A stretch of DNA of 64,000 nt from contig DATNOR010000186.1 in the NCBI GenBank assembly GCA_035601235.1, forward strand, positions 279 through 64,278. The letters are read 5' to 3'. The notes under the pieces were generated by a model. The model saw nothing but the letters and a program-made list of their open reading frames with translations. It did no database searches and was not told the DNA's origin. Within the stretch, counting starts at the first letter, position 1, and each line of letters starts with the position of its first letter. The DNA is from Gemmatimonadales bacterium (GTDB lineage: Bacteria > Gemmatimonadota > Gemmatimonadetes > Gemmatimonadales > GWC2-71-9). Below, piece by piece: positions 29,773 through 38,097 of this stretch. The position numbers and the translations under genes were made by a program.

Positions 29773-30819
29773 GTGCTGATCGTGATGCGACACGGCGCGA
29801 CCGAGGAAGAAGTTCGGCGCGTGATCGCGGTGATCGAAGAGATGGGCTACAAGGCGCGGCCCATGCCGGGCGCGCAGCGCACCGCCGTGGGCCTGGTCGG
29901 CAACGACGGGCGGGTGGACGCGTCGCGCCTGGAAGGCCTCCCCGGTGTGCAGGACGTGATCCACGTCTCCAAGCCCTACAAGCAGGTGAGCCGCGAGTGG
30001 AAGAGCGAGAACACGGTGGTCCGGCTCGGGGGGGGCGGGGGGGTGACCGTGGGCGGGACCGAAGTCGTGACGATCGCGGGGCCGTGCTCGGTCGAGAGCG
30101 AGCGACAGATCATCGAAGCGGCCCGGCTCGTGAAGGACGCGGGCGCCGTGATTCTCCGGGGCGGCGCCTGGAAGCCGCGCACCTCGCCGTACGCGTTCCA
30201 GGGCCTGGGCCGACCCGGGCTCAAGCTCCTGGCCAAGGCGCGCGAGGAAACCGGTCTGCTGATCTGCACCGAGGCGATGGATCCCGACGGGATCGGCTAC
30301 GTCGCCGAAGTGGCCGACCTGATCCAGATCGGCGCCCGCAACATGCAGAATTTCTCGCTGCTCAAGATCGCGGGACGGGCCAAGAAGCCGGTGCTCTTGA
30401 AGCGCGGCATGTCCGCGACGATCGAGGAGCTGCTGTTGTCGGCCGAGTACCTGCTCGCCGAGGGGAATCACGACGTGATCCTGTGCGAGCGCGGCATCCG
30501 CGGGTTCGACACGGCCACCCGGAACGTGTTCGACCTCACCGCCATCCCCGTGGTGCACAAGCTGTCGCACCTGCCCATCATCGCCGATCCCTCGCACGGC
30601 ACGGGGCTGCGGGACAAGGTGATCCCCATGGCCCGCGCCGCGGTGGCCGCGGGAGCCGACGGGATCATGGTCGAGGTGCATCCCAATCCCGAGCAAGCTC
30701 TCTCGGACGGCGCGCAGACGCTCTATCCCGACCAGTTCGCCCAGCTGATGCGGGAAATCCGGGTGATCGCGGACGTGATCGGGAGGCGGGTGGCGGAGCC
30801 GGCGGGGGTGGGGGCGTGA
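29773..30819 (+). CDS. aroF: 3-deoxy-7-phosphoheptulonate (DAHP) synthase, type I-beta with an N-terminal regulatory domain
   Basis: [46 protein letters not shown]. Confidence 0.88.
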   Translation: MLIVMRHGATEEEVRRVIAVIEEMGYKARPMPGAQRTAVGLVGNDGRVDASRLEGLPGVQDVIHVSKPYKQVSREWKSENTVVRLGGGGGVTVGGTEVVTIAGPCSVESERQIIEAARLVKDAGAVILRGGAWKPRTSPYAFQGLGRPGLKLLAKAREETGLLICTEAMDPDGIGYVAEVADLIQIGARNMQNFSLLKIAGRAKKPVLLKRGMSATIEELLLSAEYLLAEGNHDVILCERGIRGFDTATRNVFDLTAIPVVHKLSHLPIIADPSHGTGLRDKVIPMARAAVAAGADGIMVEVHPNPEQALSDGAQTLYPDQFAQLMREIRVIADVIGRRVAEPAGVGA

Positions 30820-30821
30820 GC

Positions 30822-30941
30822 AACGCGGAACGCGGAACGCGGAACGCGGAGCAGAGGCGCAGGCATCCGGGGGAGAAGCCGAATCTGGCGCGCAGAATGG
30901 CGTACGTCTGTTCCGCGTTCCGCCTTCCGCGTTCCGCGTTC
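30822..30941. repeat. heptamer-armed palindromic element, copy A (~120 bp)
   Basis: Left arm (AACGCGG)x4 at 30822-30850, ~60-nt core, right arm TTCCGCG TTCCGCC TTCCGCG TTCCGCG at 30911-30938. The arms are complementary with 1 mismatch. Homologous to 45635..45753 in the opposite orientation. Confidence 0.8.
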
Positions 30942-31565
30942 GCGGCGATCGGCCTCTCCCTCGCGCTCCAATCCCCCGACCCCTGGCCGACCCTCGACCA
31001 CGCCGGCGCCGTCTACCAGACCATCACCAGCCTGTCGGCCGAGTTCACGCAGGTGGTGATCAATCCGATGCTCGGCGCGCCCGACACGACCCGCGGCCGG
31101 TTGTACCAGATGCGCCCCAGCCGCTTTGCCATGCGGTTCACCGATCCCAAAGGCGACCGGATCGTGGCGGACGGGCGCTTTCTCTGGCTCTACACGCCGA
31201 GTACTACGCCGGGCCAGGTGCTGCGCTCCCGCATCCCGGAGTACGGCTCGACCGGCCCCAACCTGATCGGACAGTTCGTCGAGCATCCCCGCGACCGCTA
31301 CACGGCGCGCTCCGTCCGGGCCGACTCGCTCCCGGACGGCGTGGCGGATGTCGTGGTGCTCGTGCCCAAGGCGGGCGACCAGCCCTACAGCGAGGTGACG
31401 ATCTGGGTGGGCCGTGACGACGGCCTGGTCCGCCGCCTCGACATCGTGGAGGCGTCGGGCCAGCGGCGCACGGTGCTGCTGCGGGACATCAAGGTGAACG
31501 GCGGCGTGCCGGGCCGCGAGCTCACGTTTTCGCCCCCGGCCGGAGTACGGGTGGTAGATCAGTAG
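30897..31565 (+). CDS. lolA: LolA-family outer-membrane lipoprotein carrier-like protein
   Basis: YQTITSLSAEFTQ...RGRLYQMRPSRFAMRF...DGRFLWLYTP follows the LolA pattern. ATG 30897 is the only ATG upstream of the mature domain and lies inside repeat copy A, so the start is uncertain. Confidence 0.6.
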   Translation: MAYVCSAFRLPRSAFAAIGLSLALQSPDPWPTLDHAGAVYQTITSLSAEFTQVVINPMLGAPDTTRGRLYQMRPSRFAMRFTDPKGDRIVADGRFLWLYTPSTTPGQVLRSRIPEYGSTGPNLIGQFVEHPRDRYTARSVRADSLPDGVADVVVLVPKAGDQPYSEVTIWVGRDDGLVRRLDIVEASGQRRTVLLRDIKVNGGVPGRELTFSPPAGVRVVDQ

Positions 31566-32409
31566 CGAGCGCACCGGCGACACGCGCCGCCGTGGCCTCG
31601 TCCATCCCCCGCTTCTGCGCCAGCTCGAGCGCGGCCCTCCCCAGCACGCGGTACAACGCCGCGTCGTCCTGCGTGAGCGCCTCGATGTGGCGGCGAATGG
31701 TGGCCTCGTCGCCCCGCACCACCGGACCCGTGAGCGCGCCCAACGGCCCCAGTCGCCCGAGATTCTCGAGCGTCCCTTCCACCAGCGGCCGCAGCGCCTG
31801 CCACGCCTCCGCGTCCGTGAGCCCGGCGTGTCGCAGCAGCCGCTGCGCCACCGCTTCCACCACCACGAAGTAGTTGGACGCGAAGACCGCGCCGGCGTGG
31901 TACATCGGCTTCGCCTGCGACGCGATCCGGAACGGGCGCAGCCCCACGTCCTGCGCCAGCCGTTCCGCGGCTTCCACGGCGCGCGGCATCCCTTCCACGG
32001 CGGCCCAGGCGCCCTTCAGGCGCTCCGCCGCGCGCTCGGGCTCGGAGATGGTCTGGAGCGGGTGCAGCGAGCCCAACGCCGCGCGCGATCCGACCAGGGG
32101 CCCGAGCGCTTCCTGACCGTGCACGCCGGAGAGGTGCAGCACCACCTGCTGCGAGCCGATCGCGCCGGCGTCGGCCAGTACCCCGGCAAGCGGGCGAATG
32201 GCGTCGTCGCGCACGGCGAGGAGGATGACGGCCGGCTGGGCGATCCAGGGAGGCGGCTCGTCGCCCGGGCCGACGCTCAGGGTGAGTGGCCGCGGCACGC
32301 CCTTCTTGGTGCGGCCGTGGAGCCGGACCGTGTAGCCGGCCCCAACCAGGGCGAGTCCGAGCCCCACCCCCGCCCGGCCCGGCCCGATGATGCCGACCGA
32401 AGCGTTCAG
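31522..32409 (-). CDS. Rossmann-fold protein, DUF2520 / NADP-oxidoreductase-like
   Basis: VGIIGPGRAGVGLGLAL dinucleotide-binding motif. No ATG, GTG or TTG is available upstream. The only candidate is CTG 32409, which overlaps the ctp stop (CTGA). Confidence 0.6.
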   Translation of the reverse strand: MNASVGIIGPGRAGVGLGLALVGAGYTVRLHGRTKKGVPRPLTLSVGPGDEPPPWIAQPAVILLAVRDDAIRPLAGVLADAGAIGSQQVVLHLSGVHGQEALGPLVGSRAALGSLHPLQTISEPERAAERLKGAWAAVEGMPRAVEAAERLAQDVGLRPFRIASQAKPMYHAGAVFASNYFVVVEAVAQRLLRHAGLTDAEAWQALRPLVEGTLENLGRLGPLGALTGPVVRGDEATIRRHIEALTQDDAALYRVLGRAALELAQKRGMDEATAARVAGALATDLPPVLRPGAKT

Positions 32410-34025
32410 TTGCGCGGCGTGGCCGGCGCCTGCGCGGCGGCGAGCGACAGCAGATCCTGGGGCGACTTGGCGCGGCGCGCCATCGCCAACGCGGCCTGGA
32501 CCTGACGGTCCTCGTCCATCCGGCGCCGGACCTCCGACGGCCTCCCGAACACGTAGCGCGTGATCTCGTGCCCGAGATCGTCCGCGATCAGCGTCCGGGC
32601 CCCGGCCACCACACTGTCCGGCACGGCGACGCTCCGGGCGCGCAGCCGCCGCAGCACTTCGTCCACCATGTCGGGGGTGACGCTGAACGCGGCGCTCTTC
32701 ACCCGCCCCGAGCCCTTTACCTCGAGCGCGTAGCTGGCCCGCACGTCCTGATACGTCGGGATCTTGCTGCCCAACGCCTTCATGAAGGCCCGCTCCGCGG
32801 TCGTAAACGTATCCGGCTTGATGAACACGTCGGGGCGAATGCCGCCGCCGCCCAGCACCGTGCGTCCGTGATCGGTGTGGAACACCAATGACGAATCGAC
32901 CTTCGTGGTGTCGCGCCCGAGCTCGGCCGCCTCGGCCTGCGCCACCTGATCGTCTTCGTTCTTGCTCTTGCGCTGGATGGTGCGCCCGCTGGGCGTGTAC
33001 CAGCGAGCCGTGGTCAGCTTGAGGGCCGTCTCCGGCGTGAGCTGCCACAGCGACTGCACCAGCCCTTTCCCGAACGTCGGCGTGCCGACCACCACCGCTC
33101 GGTCGTGGTCCTGGAGCGCCCCTGTGATGATCTCGGCGGCGCTGGCGGTGCCACCGTTCGCCAGCACGACCACCGGGAGGTTGGGCCAGGGCTGCGGCTT
33201 GGCGTCGCGATACGTCCGCGTGCTGTTGGGCGCCCGGCCGCGCGTGGCGACGACCTCTTCGCCCGGGTCGAGGAACAGCTCGCTCACCGCGACCCCCTGG
33301 TCCAGGAGCCCGCCCGGATTGCCGCGCAGGTCGAGGATCATGGACTTCATGCCCTTCTGCAGCAGCCCGGTCACCGCGTCGGTGAGCTCCGACGCCGACG
33401 TCTCGCTCACGGGGGTGAGCAGCACGTAGCCGACCTTGTCGTCGAGCATCATCGAGACCTGCACCGAGCGGACGTGGATCATGGCGCGGGTGAGCTTGAA
33501 CGTGAGCGCCTGCTCGATCCCCACCCGGTGCACCTTGAGCTCGACCACCGACCCCGCCTCCCCCCGCAGCTCCTTGACCGCCTGATCCTGCTTCCAGCCT
33601 TCGGTCGAGCGACCGTCGAGCCCCACGATCTGATCGCCCGTCTGGATGCCGGCGCGCTCCGCCGGCGTGTCCGGCAGGGGTGCCACGACGGTGATCCAGC
33701 CGTCGCGGACCTCGATCTGGATCCCGAGACCGCCGTAGTTGCCCGTGGTGGCTTCGTTCAGCGCCTTGAAGTCGTCGCGCTTCAGGAACACCGAGTACGG
33801 GTCGTGCAGCTGGTCGAGCATGCCGTCGATGGCCAGCTGATAGAGTCGCCGCTCGTCGATCGAATCGACGTAGTAATCGGCCACGTGCGCGAGCACGTCT
33901 TCGAACAGACGGGCCTGCTGGTACACCGTTCCCGCGGGCGCCGCCTCGTGCTGCAACAGCCACCCACCCGTGGCGAGTGCCAGGCCGGCCACCGCCGTGA
34001 CGATCACGATTTTGCGGAGCTTCAT
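32406..34025 (-). CDS. carboxy-terminal processing (S41) peptidase with a PDZ domain
   Basis: GGLGIQIE, PAERAGIQTGDQIV (PDZ), LDLRGNPGGLL, SASAAEI and FGKGLVQ, typical of Ctp/Prc. Confidence 0.9.
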   Translation of the reverse strand: MKLRKIVIVTAVAGLALATGGWLLQHEAAPAGTVYQQARLFEDVLAHVADYYVDSIDERRLYQLAIDGMLDQLHDPYSVFLKRDDFKALNEATTGNYGGLGIQIEVRDGWITVVAPLPDTPAERAGIQTGDQIVGLDGRSTEGWKQDQAVKELRGEAGSVVELKVHRVGIEQALTFKLTRAMIHVRSVQVSMMLDDKVGYVLLTPVSETSASELTDAVTGLLQKGMKSMILDLRGNPGGLLDQGVAVSELFLDPGEEVVATRGRAPNSTRTYRDAKPQPWPNLPVVVLANGGTASAAEIITGALQDHDRAVVVGTPTFGKGLVQSLWQLTPETALKLTTARWYTPSGRTIQRKSKNEDDQVAQAEAAELGRDTTKVDSSLVFHTDHGRTVLGGGGIRPDVFIKPDTFTTAERAFMKALGSKIPTYQDVRASYALEVKGSGRVKSAAFSVTPDMVDEVLRRLRARSVAVPDSVVAGARTLIADDLGHEITRYVFGRPSEVRRRMDEDRQVQAALAMARRAKSPQDLLSLAAAQAPATPRN

Positions 34026-34660
34026 GACGAGCCTCGTGTTGGAAGGGCCATCGCCGCCAGCACTTCCTTCCAGGCGGCGTCGAGCACGGCCTTTTTCGAC
34101 TGCGTGGCGTCGAGATGGACGACGCCGGGACCCCGGGCCTGGCGGTACGCCTCGAGCACCCGCCGATGAAACGCATCGTCCTGCCGTTCGAACCGGTCCT
34201 GCACTTTGTGCGCCGCCCGCTGCCGCTCTCGCCCCACCTCCACCGGGATGTCGAGCACCAGCGTGACGTCCGGCACGAGACCCCCCGTCGCCAGGCGGAT
34301 GGCCTGCGCCACGTCCTCGTATGGTAACCCCGCCCCCGCCACCTGGTAGGCCAGCGTGGACAGGTCGAAGCGGTCCGCCACCACCACGTCACCCGCCTCG
34401 AGCGCGGGACGGATGACCCGATGTACCAGATCGGCACGAGCCGCCAGAAACAGGAACAGCTCCGCAGCCGGAGCCATGTCGTGAGGGAACTTGAGCGCCA
34501 CCTCCCGCGCCGCCTCCGCCACCGGTGTCCCTCCCGGCTCACGCACTGTGATCCTCGGGCGCCCCTCCGCCTGCAGCCGGTCAGCCAGAGCGCGCACCAG
34601 AGTCGACTTCCCCGCGCCTTCGGGGCCCTCCACCACGATGAGCACGCTCGAGTCCGTCAT
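34022..34660 (-). CDS. tmk: dTMP kinase
   Basis: IVVEGPEGAGKST P-loop. DRFDLSTLAYQ. ATGA overlaps at both ends. Confidence 0.92.
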   Translation of the reverse strand: MTDSSVLIVVEGPEGAGKSTLVRALADRLQAEGRPRITVREPGGTPVAEAAREVALKFPHDMAPAAELFLFLAARADLVHRVIRPALEAGDVVVADRFDLSTLAYQVAGAGLPYEDVAQAIRLATGGLVPDVTLVLDIPVEVGRERQRAAHKVQDRFERQDDAFHRRVLEAYRQARGPGVVHLDATQSKKAVLDAAWKEVLAAMALPTRGSS

Positions 34661-35010
34661 CCCAAGGTGATAATCGGGCTGGCCGCGCCCTGCTTCATGC
34701 CGTCGTAGATGCGCGCGTTGACCTTCGCCATCAGCTTCTCGAAGTTGGCCTGCGCGGCCACGACTTGCTGGTACACCGCATTCGCCTGGACGCTCTGGAG
34801 CGCGCGGTCGTAGCGCTCCACCTGGTCTTTCGAGGGCTCGCGGCCTTCCTGAGTCGCCCGCTCGATCTCCTGGGCGATGCGCTCGACGTCGGCCAGCAGC
34901 TGCTTGCAGGTTGCATCCGCCTTCATCCGGTCGCTGGCCCGGAGCAGGATCTTGTACTCGTCGCTCTGCCCCAGCAGCCGCCCCAGCTCCTGCGCCTTCT
35001 CGTCGATCAC
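34657..35010 (-). CDS. YlbF/YmcA-family (UPF0342-like) protein
   Basis: GTG 35010 overlaps the prmC stop (GTGA). AQELGRLLGQSDEYKILLRA...VYQQVVAAQANFEKLMAKVNARI resembles the Com_YlbF helical pattern. Confidence 0.55.
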   Translation of the reverse strand: MIDEKAQELGRLLGQSDEYKILLRASDRMKADATCKQLLADVERIAQEIERATQEGREPSKDQVERYDRALQSVQANAVYQQVVAAQANFEKLMAKVNARIYDGMKQGAASPIITLG

Positions 35011-35924
35011 GCGCCCTCCTCGAGGATGGCCAGCACGTACCGCGCCCGGCCGAACAAGTCGTCGTGCACGTTCACCCGCGACCACGCCAGCTCGCGCGCG
35101 AGCCACGCGACACGCTCGGCGCGCCGCTCGTCCACCTCCAGCGCGAGCAGCCCGCCCGGCTCGAGCAGGCCGCGGGCGCCCGCGAGCAGGGCCCGCGTCG
35201 CGGCGAGCCCGTCCGGACCGCTCACCAACGCGTCGCGCGGCTCGAACAGCCGCACGGCCGGGTCGAGGCCCAGGTACTCGGCCTCGGTCAGGTACGGCGG
35301 GTTGGAGACGATGGCACGACACCGCTCGCCCGCGAGCGGGGTGAGCAGGTCGCCCTCGCGCACGTCGACCGGTACCGGCGGTCGCACCAGCGCGACGTTC
35401 TCGCGCGCCAACGCCGCGGCCTCCGCAGAGCGCTCGACCGCGATGACGCCCTCGAAGATGCCTTCGACGGCGAGCGATAACGCGATGCAGCCGCATCCGG
35501 TCCCGATGTCCGCCCCCACGCCACGTTTCCCGTTTCCCGTTTCCCCTTTCCCGACTTCCCGAAGTACCAGCTCGACCAGTCCCTCGGTCTCGGGTCGCGG
35601 AATCAGGGCGCGCGCGTCGAGCGTCAGATCGAGTGTGCGGAAGCCCACCCGGCCGACAGCGTACGCGAAGGGGACGCCGCTCGCACGCCGCTCTACGGCC
35701 CGATAGAACCGCTCTACCAGCGCCGCCGCGGCCTCCTGGTCGCGTTGCAACCACACGTCACCCGGTTTGGTCCCCGCACCGCGCACGGCTGCCCAGAGCA
35801 TCGTCGCTTCGCGCCGCGAGCGAGGCAGGCCGGCCGCTGCCAGGCGCTCGGCGGCGTCGTTCAGGGCAGCGCCGATCGAGCTCGGGTGCGCGGCAGGCTC
35901 AGGCACTGAGTCGCTCGTTCTCAC
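35007..35924 (-). CDS. prmC: release-factor glutamine N5-methyltransferase
   Basis: IVSNPPYL and DIGTGCGCIALSLA motifs. Directly downstream of prfA. Contains the heptamer array 35525..35560. Confidence 0.9.
   Translation of the reverse strand: MRTSDSVPEPAAHPSSIGAALNDAAERLAAAGLPRSRREATMLWAAVRGAGTKPGDVWLQRDQEAAAALVERFYRAVERRASGVPFAYAVGRVGFRTLDLTLDARALIPRPETEGLVELVLREVGKGETGNGKRGVGADIGTGCGCIALSLAVEGIFEGVIAVERSAEAAALARENVALVRPPVPVDVREGDLLTPLAGERCRAIVSNPPYLTEAEYLGLDPAVRLFEPRDALVSGPDGLAATRALLAGARGLLEPGGLLALEVDERRAERVAWLARELAWSRVNVHDDLFGRARYVLAILEEGA
35525..35560. repeat. tandem heptamer array (GTTTCCC)x3 plus two degenerate units, inside prmC
   Basis: Read directly. The coding strand is (GGGAAAC)n and encodes GKGETGNGKRG just before the SAM-binding GTG motif. 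Confidence 0.8.
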
Positions 35925-36957
35925 CCGCCACCCGCAAGGCGTTGACCAGGTCGTCGAGGTTGCCGCCCATCACCTCTTGAAGGTTGTGAACGGTGTAGTG
36001 AATGCGGTGATCGGTGACGCGATTCTGGGGGAAGTTGTAGGTGCGGATCTTCTGGGATCGGTCGCCGGTGCCCACCTGGGACCGGCGCTCGCGAGCGCGG
36101 GCCGCTTCCTGCTCGGCGATCATCTTGTCGAGCAGGCGCGAGCGCAGCACTTCGAGCGCCTTGATCTTGTTCTGAAGTTGGCTCTTCTGGTCCTGGCACT
36201 GGACCACGAGATTCGTAGGCAAGTGGGTGATGCGCACCGCGCTGTCGGTCGTGTTGACGCTCTGGCCGCCCGGCCCCTGCGAGCGGAACACGTCGATCCG
36301 GAGATCTTTGTCTTCGATCTTCACGTCGACCTCCTCCGCCTCGGGGAGCACCGCCACGGTGGCAGCGGACGTGTGGATGCGACCCTGCGCCTCCGTGACG
36401 GGCACGCGCTGGACACGGTGGACGCCCGACTCGTACCGTAGCGTCCCGTAGACCCCCGGGCCCCGGGCGGCAAAGATCGCCTCCTTGAGGCCGCCGAGAC
36501 TCCCTTCAGAGTGCGACAGGACCTCGACCTTCCACCCCCGGCGCTCCGCGAACCGCGTGTACATACGAAACAGCTCGGCGGCGAACAGGGCCGCCTCGTC
36601 GCCCCCCGTGCCGGCACGGATCTCTACGATCGCGTCGCGGTCGGCGAGGGGATCGACCGGCGTGAGGAGCTCGTTCAGCCGGTTCTGGAGCGGCGTGATC
36701 TCAGGGCGCAGGCGCTCGACGTCGGCCCGCGCCAGCTGCGATAGCTCGGGATCCCGGTCCTGGAGCACTTCACGCGCCTGGGCGAGCTCCCGCTCGAGCC
36801 TGTCCAGCCTGTCGTACACCTGTCGGATCTGGTCGAGGCGGGCGTGCTCCCGGCCCAGCTGCCTCAGCTTGGCCGGATTCCGCGCCGTCTCGGGGTCGGC
36901 CAGCTCCCGGGCGACCTCCTCCGCCCGTGCGAGCGCTTGGCGGAGTCGGGCCTCCAC
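35899..36957 (-). CDS. prfA: peptide chain release factor 1
   Basis: PVTEAQGRIHTS (PxT-type), GPGGQSVNTT (GGQ), overall RF1 pattern. Confidence 0.97.
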   Translation of the reverse strand: MEARLRQALARAEEVARELADPETARNPAKLRQLGREHARLDQIRQVYDRLDRLERELAQAREVLQDRDPELSQLARADVERLRPEITPLQNRLNELLTPVDPLADRDAIVEIRAGTGGDEAALFAAELFRMYTRFAERRGWKVEVLSHSEGSLGGLKEAIFAARGPGVYGTLRYESGVHRVQRVPVTEAQGRIHTSAATVAVLPEAEEVDVKIEDKDLRIDVFRSQGPGGQSVNTTDSAVRITHLPTNLVVQCQDQKSQLQNKIKALEVLRSRLLDKMIAEQEAARARERRSQVGTGDRSQKIRTYNFPQNRVTDHRIHYTVHNLQEVMGGNLDDLVNALRVAGENERLSA

Positions 36958-36960
36958 GGC

Positions 36961-37173
36961 TTACCCGGCGGCCTTCTCCGTCCCGTATTTCTGGCGGAAG
37001 CGCTCCACGCGGCCGGCGGTGTCCATCAGCTTCTGCTTGCCGGTGAAGTACGGATGGCACTTGGCGCAGACTTCGACGTGAATCACGGGCACCGTGGAGC
37101 GCGTCACGAAGCTGTTGCCGCAGGCGCACTGCACGGTCGCTCGGTGGTAGGCGGGGTGGATTCCGGCTTTCAC
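36961..37173 (-). CDS. rpmE: 50S ribosomal protein L31
   Basis: GTG 37173 gives [10 protein letters not shown]...CxC...[13 protein letters not shown]. Confidence 0.92.
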   Translation of the reverse strand: MKAGIHPAYHRATVQCACGNSFVTRSTVPVIHVEVCAKCHPYFTGKQKLMDTAGRVERFRQKYGTEKAAG

Positions 37174-37339
37174 AGCACACGATCCTTGACTGGAAGTCGA
37201 ACGGCACGAAGTGTGGAAATATAACTGGCGCCACAAGTTGGCGGCAAGCGCCGGGCGACGCGCCGAATTGACAGCGGCTAGGCTTGTACGTAAGCTTGCC
37301 CGACCATTTCACCCCTCCACGCGTAAGGGGAAGCCTATC

Positions 37340-38011
37340 GTGTCGGTAACGGCCATCCTCCAGAAGGTGCCGCTGTTCAGCCAGTTGGCCACCACGGAGC
37401 TCGACCGGGTGGCCGAGATCACCCGCGAGCGCAGTTACCCCCGCAACTCCGTGATCCTGTTCGAAGACGACCCAGGGGACGCCCTGTACGTCGTGGCCAC
37501 CGGTCAGGTGAAGGTGGTGCTGATCGGCGAAGACGGGCGCGAGGTCATTCTGTCGGTCTTGGGGGAGGGCGACTTCTTCGGCGAGATGTCGCTCATCGAC
37601 GAGGAGCCCCGCTCGGCGCACGTGATCGCGATGGAGGACTCCAACCTCCTGGTGATCCGGCGCGAGGACTTTCAGGCCATCCTGCAGCAGTCGCCGGGCA
37701 TCGCGATGGGGCTGTTGCGCGAGCTGTCGCGCCGCCTGCGGCGCGTGGACGAGAAGGTCGGATCGCTGGTGCTGCTCGACGTGAACGGGCGCGTGGCGCA
37801 GCTGCTGCTCGATCTCGCCGACGAGGCTCGCTCCGACCGCATCACGCGCCGACTCACCCACCACACCATCGCGCAGATGATCGGGTCCTCCCGCGAGACG
37901 GTGAGCCGCACCATGCGCGAGCTGGTGGACAAGGGCTTCATCGAAATCAGCCGTCGCGAGATCCTGATTCGCGACCGCGCCGCGCTGGAAGCCTCAGCCG
38001 GACGGTCGTGA
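37340..38011 (+). CDS. Crp/Fnr-family transcriptional regulator with a cNMP-binding domain
   Basis: GTG 37340 follows AAGGGGA. GEGDFFGEMSLID...RSAHVIA (cNMP pocket). HTH IAQMIGSSRETVSRTMRELV keeps the R-E-x-x-x-R residues of E. coli CRP. Confidence 0.88.
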   Translation: MSVTAILQKVPLFSQLATTELDRVAEITRERSYPRNSVILFEDDPGDALYVVATGQVKVVLIGEDGREVILSVLGEGDFFGEMSLIDEEPRSAHVIAMEDSNLLVIRREDFQAILQQSPGIAMGLLRELSRRLRRVDEKVGSLVLLDVNGRVAQLLLDLADEARSDRITRRLTHHTIAQMIGSSRETVSRTMRELVDKGFIEISRREILIRDRAALEASAGRS

Positions 38012-38045
38012 GGTGCATCACCTCGTCGTGAGGTGCATCACCTCC
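38006..38045. promoter_or_regulatory. two tandem 20-bp repeats, each carrying cGTGA-ggtgca-TCACc
   Basis: TCGTGAGGTGCATCACCTC occurs twice (38006-38024, 38026-38044), and the first copy overlaps the crp-family stop codon. The box centres lie 41.5 and 61.5 nt upstream of the start implied by a TAACTT -10 at 38064-38069. Confidence 0.5.
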
Positions 38046-38097
38046 TAGCTCTCGAATTTTCCATAACTTAGCGACAGGTGCGGCGGTGCCGGGACGC

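Noticed and set aside
30822-30941. Whether the heptamer arrays or the 20-bp tandem repeat (38006..38045) are CRISPR arrays
   Set aside because: The units are 7 nt, or two copies of 20 nt with no spacers. There is no repeat-spacer periodicity and no cas genes in the window.
31522-34542. 1006-aa ORF on the minus strand
   Set aside because: Only its C-terminal ~296 residues (the DUF2520-like protein) look real. The rest runs in an alternative frame through the ctp and tmk genes, which have unambiguous motifs in their own frames.
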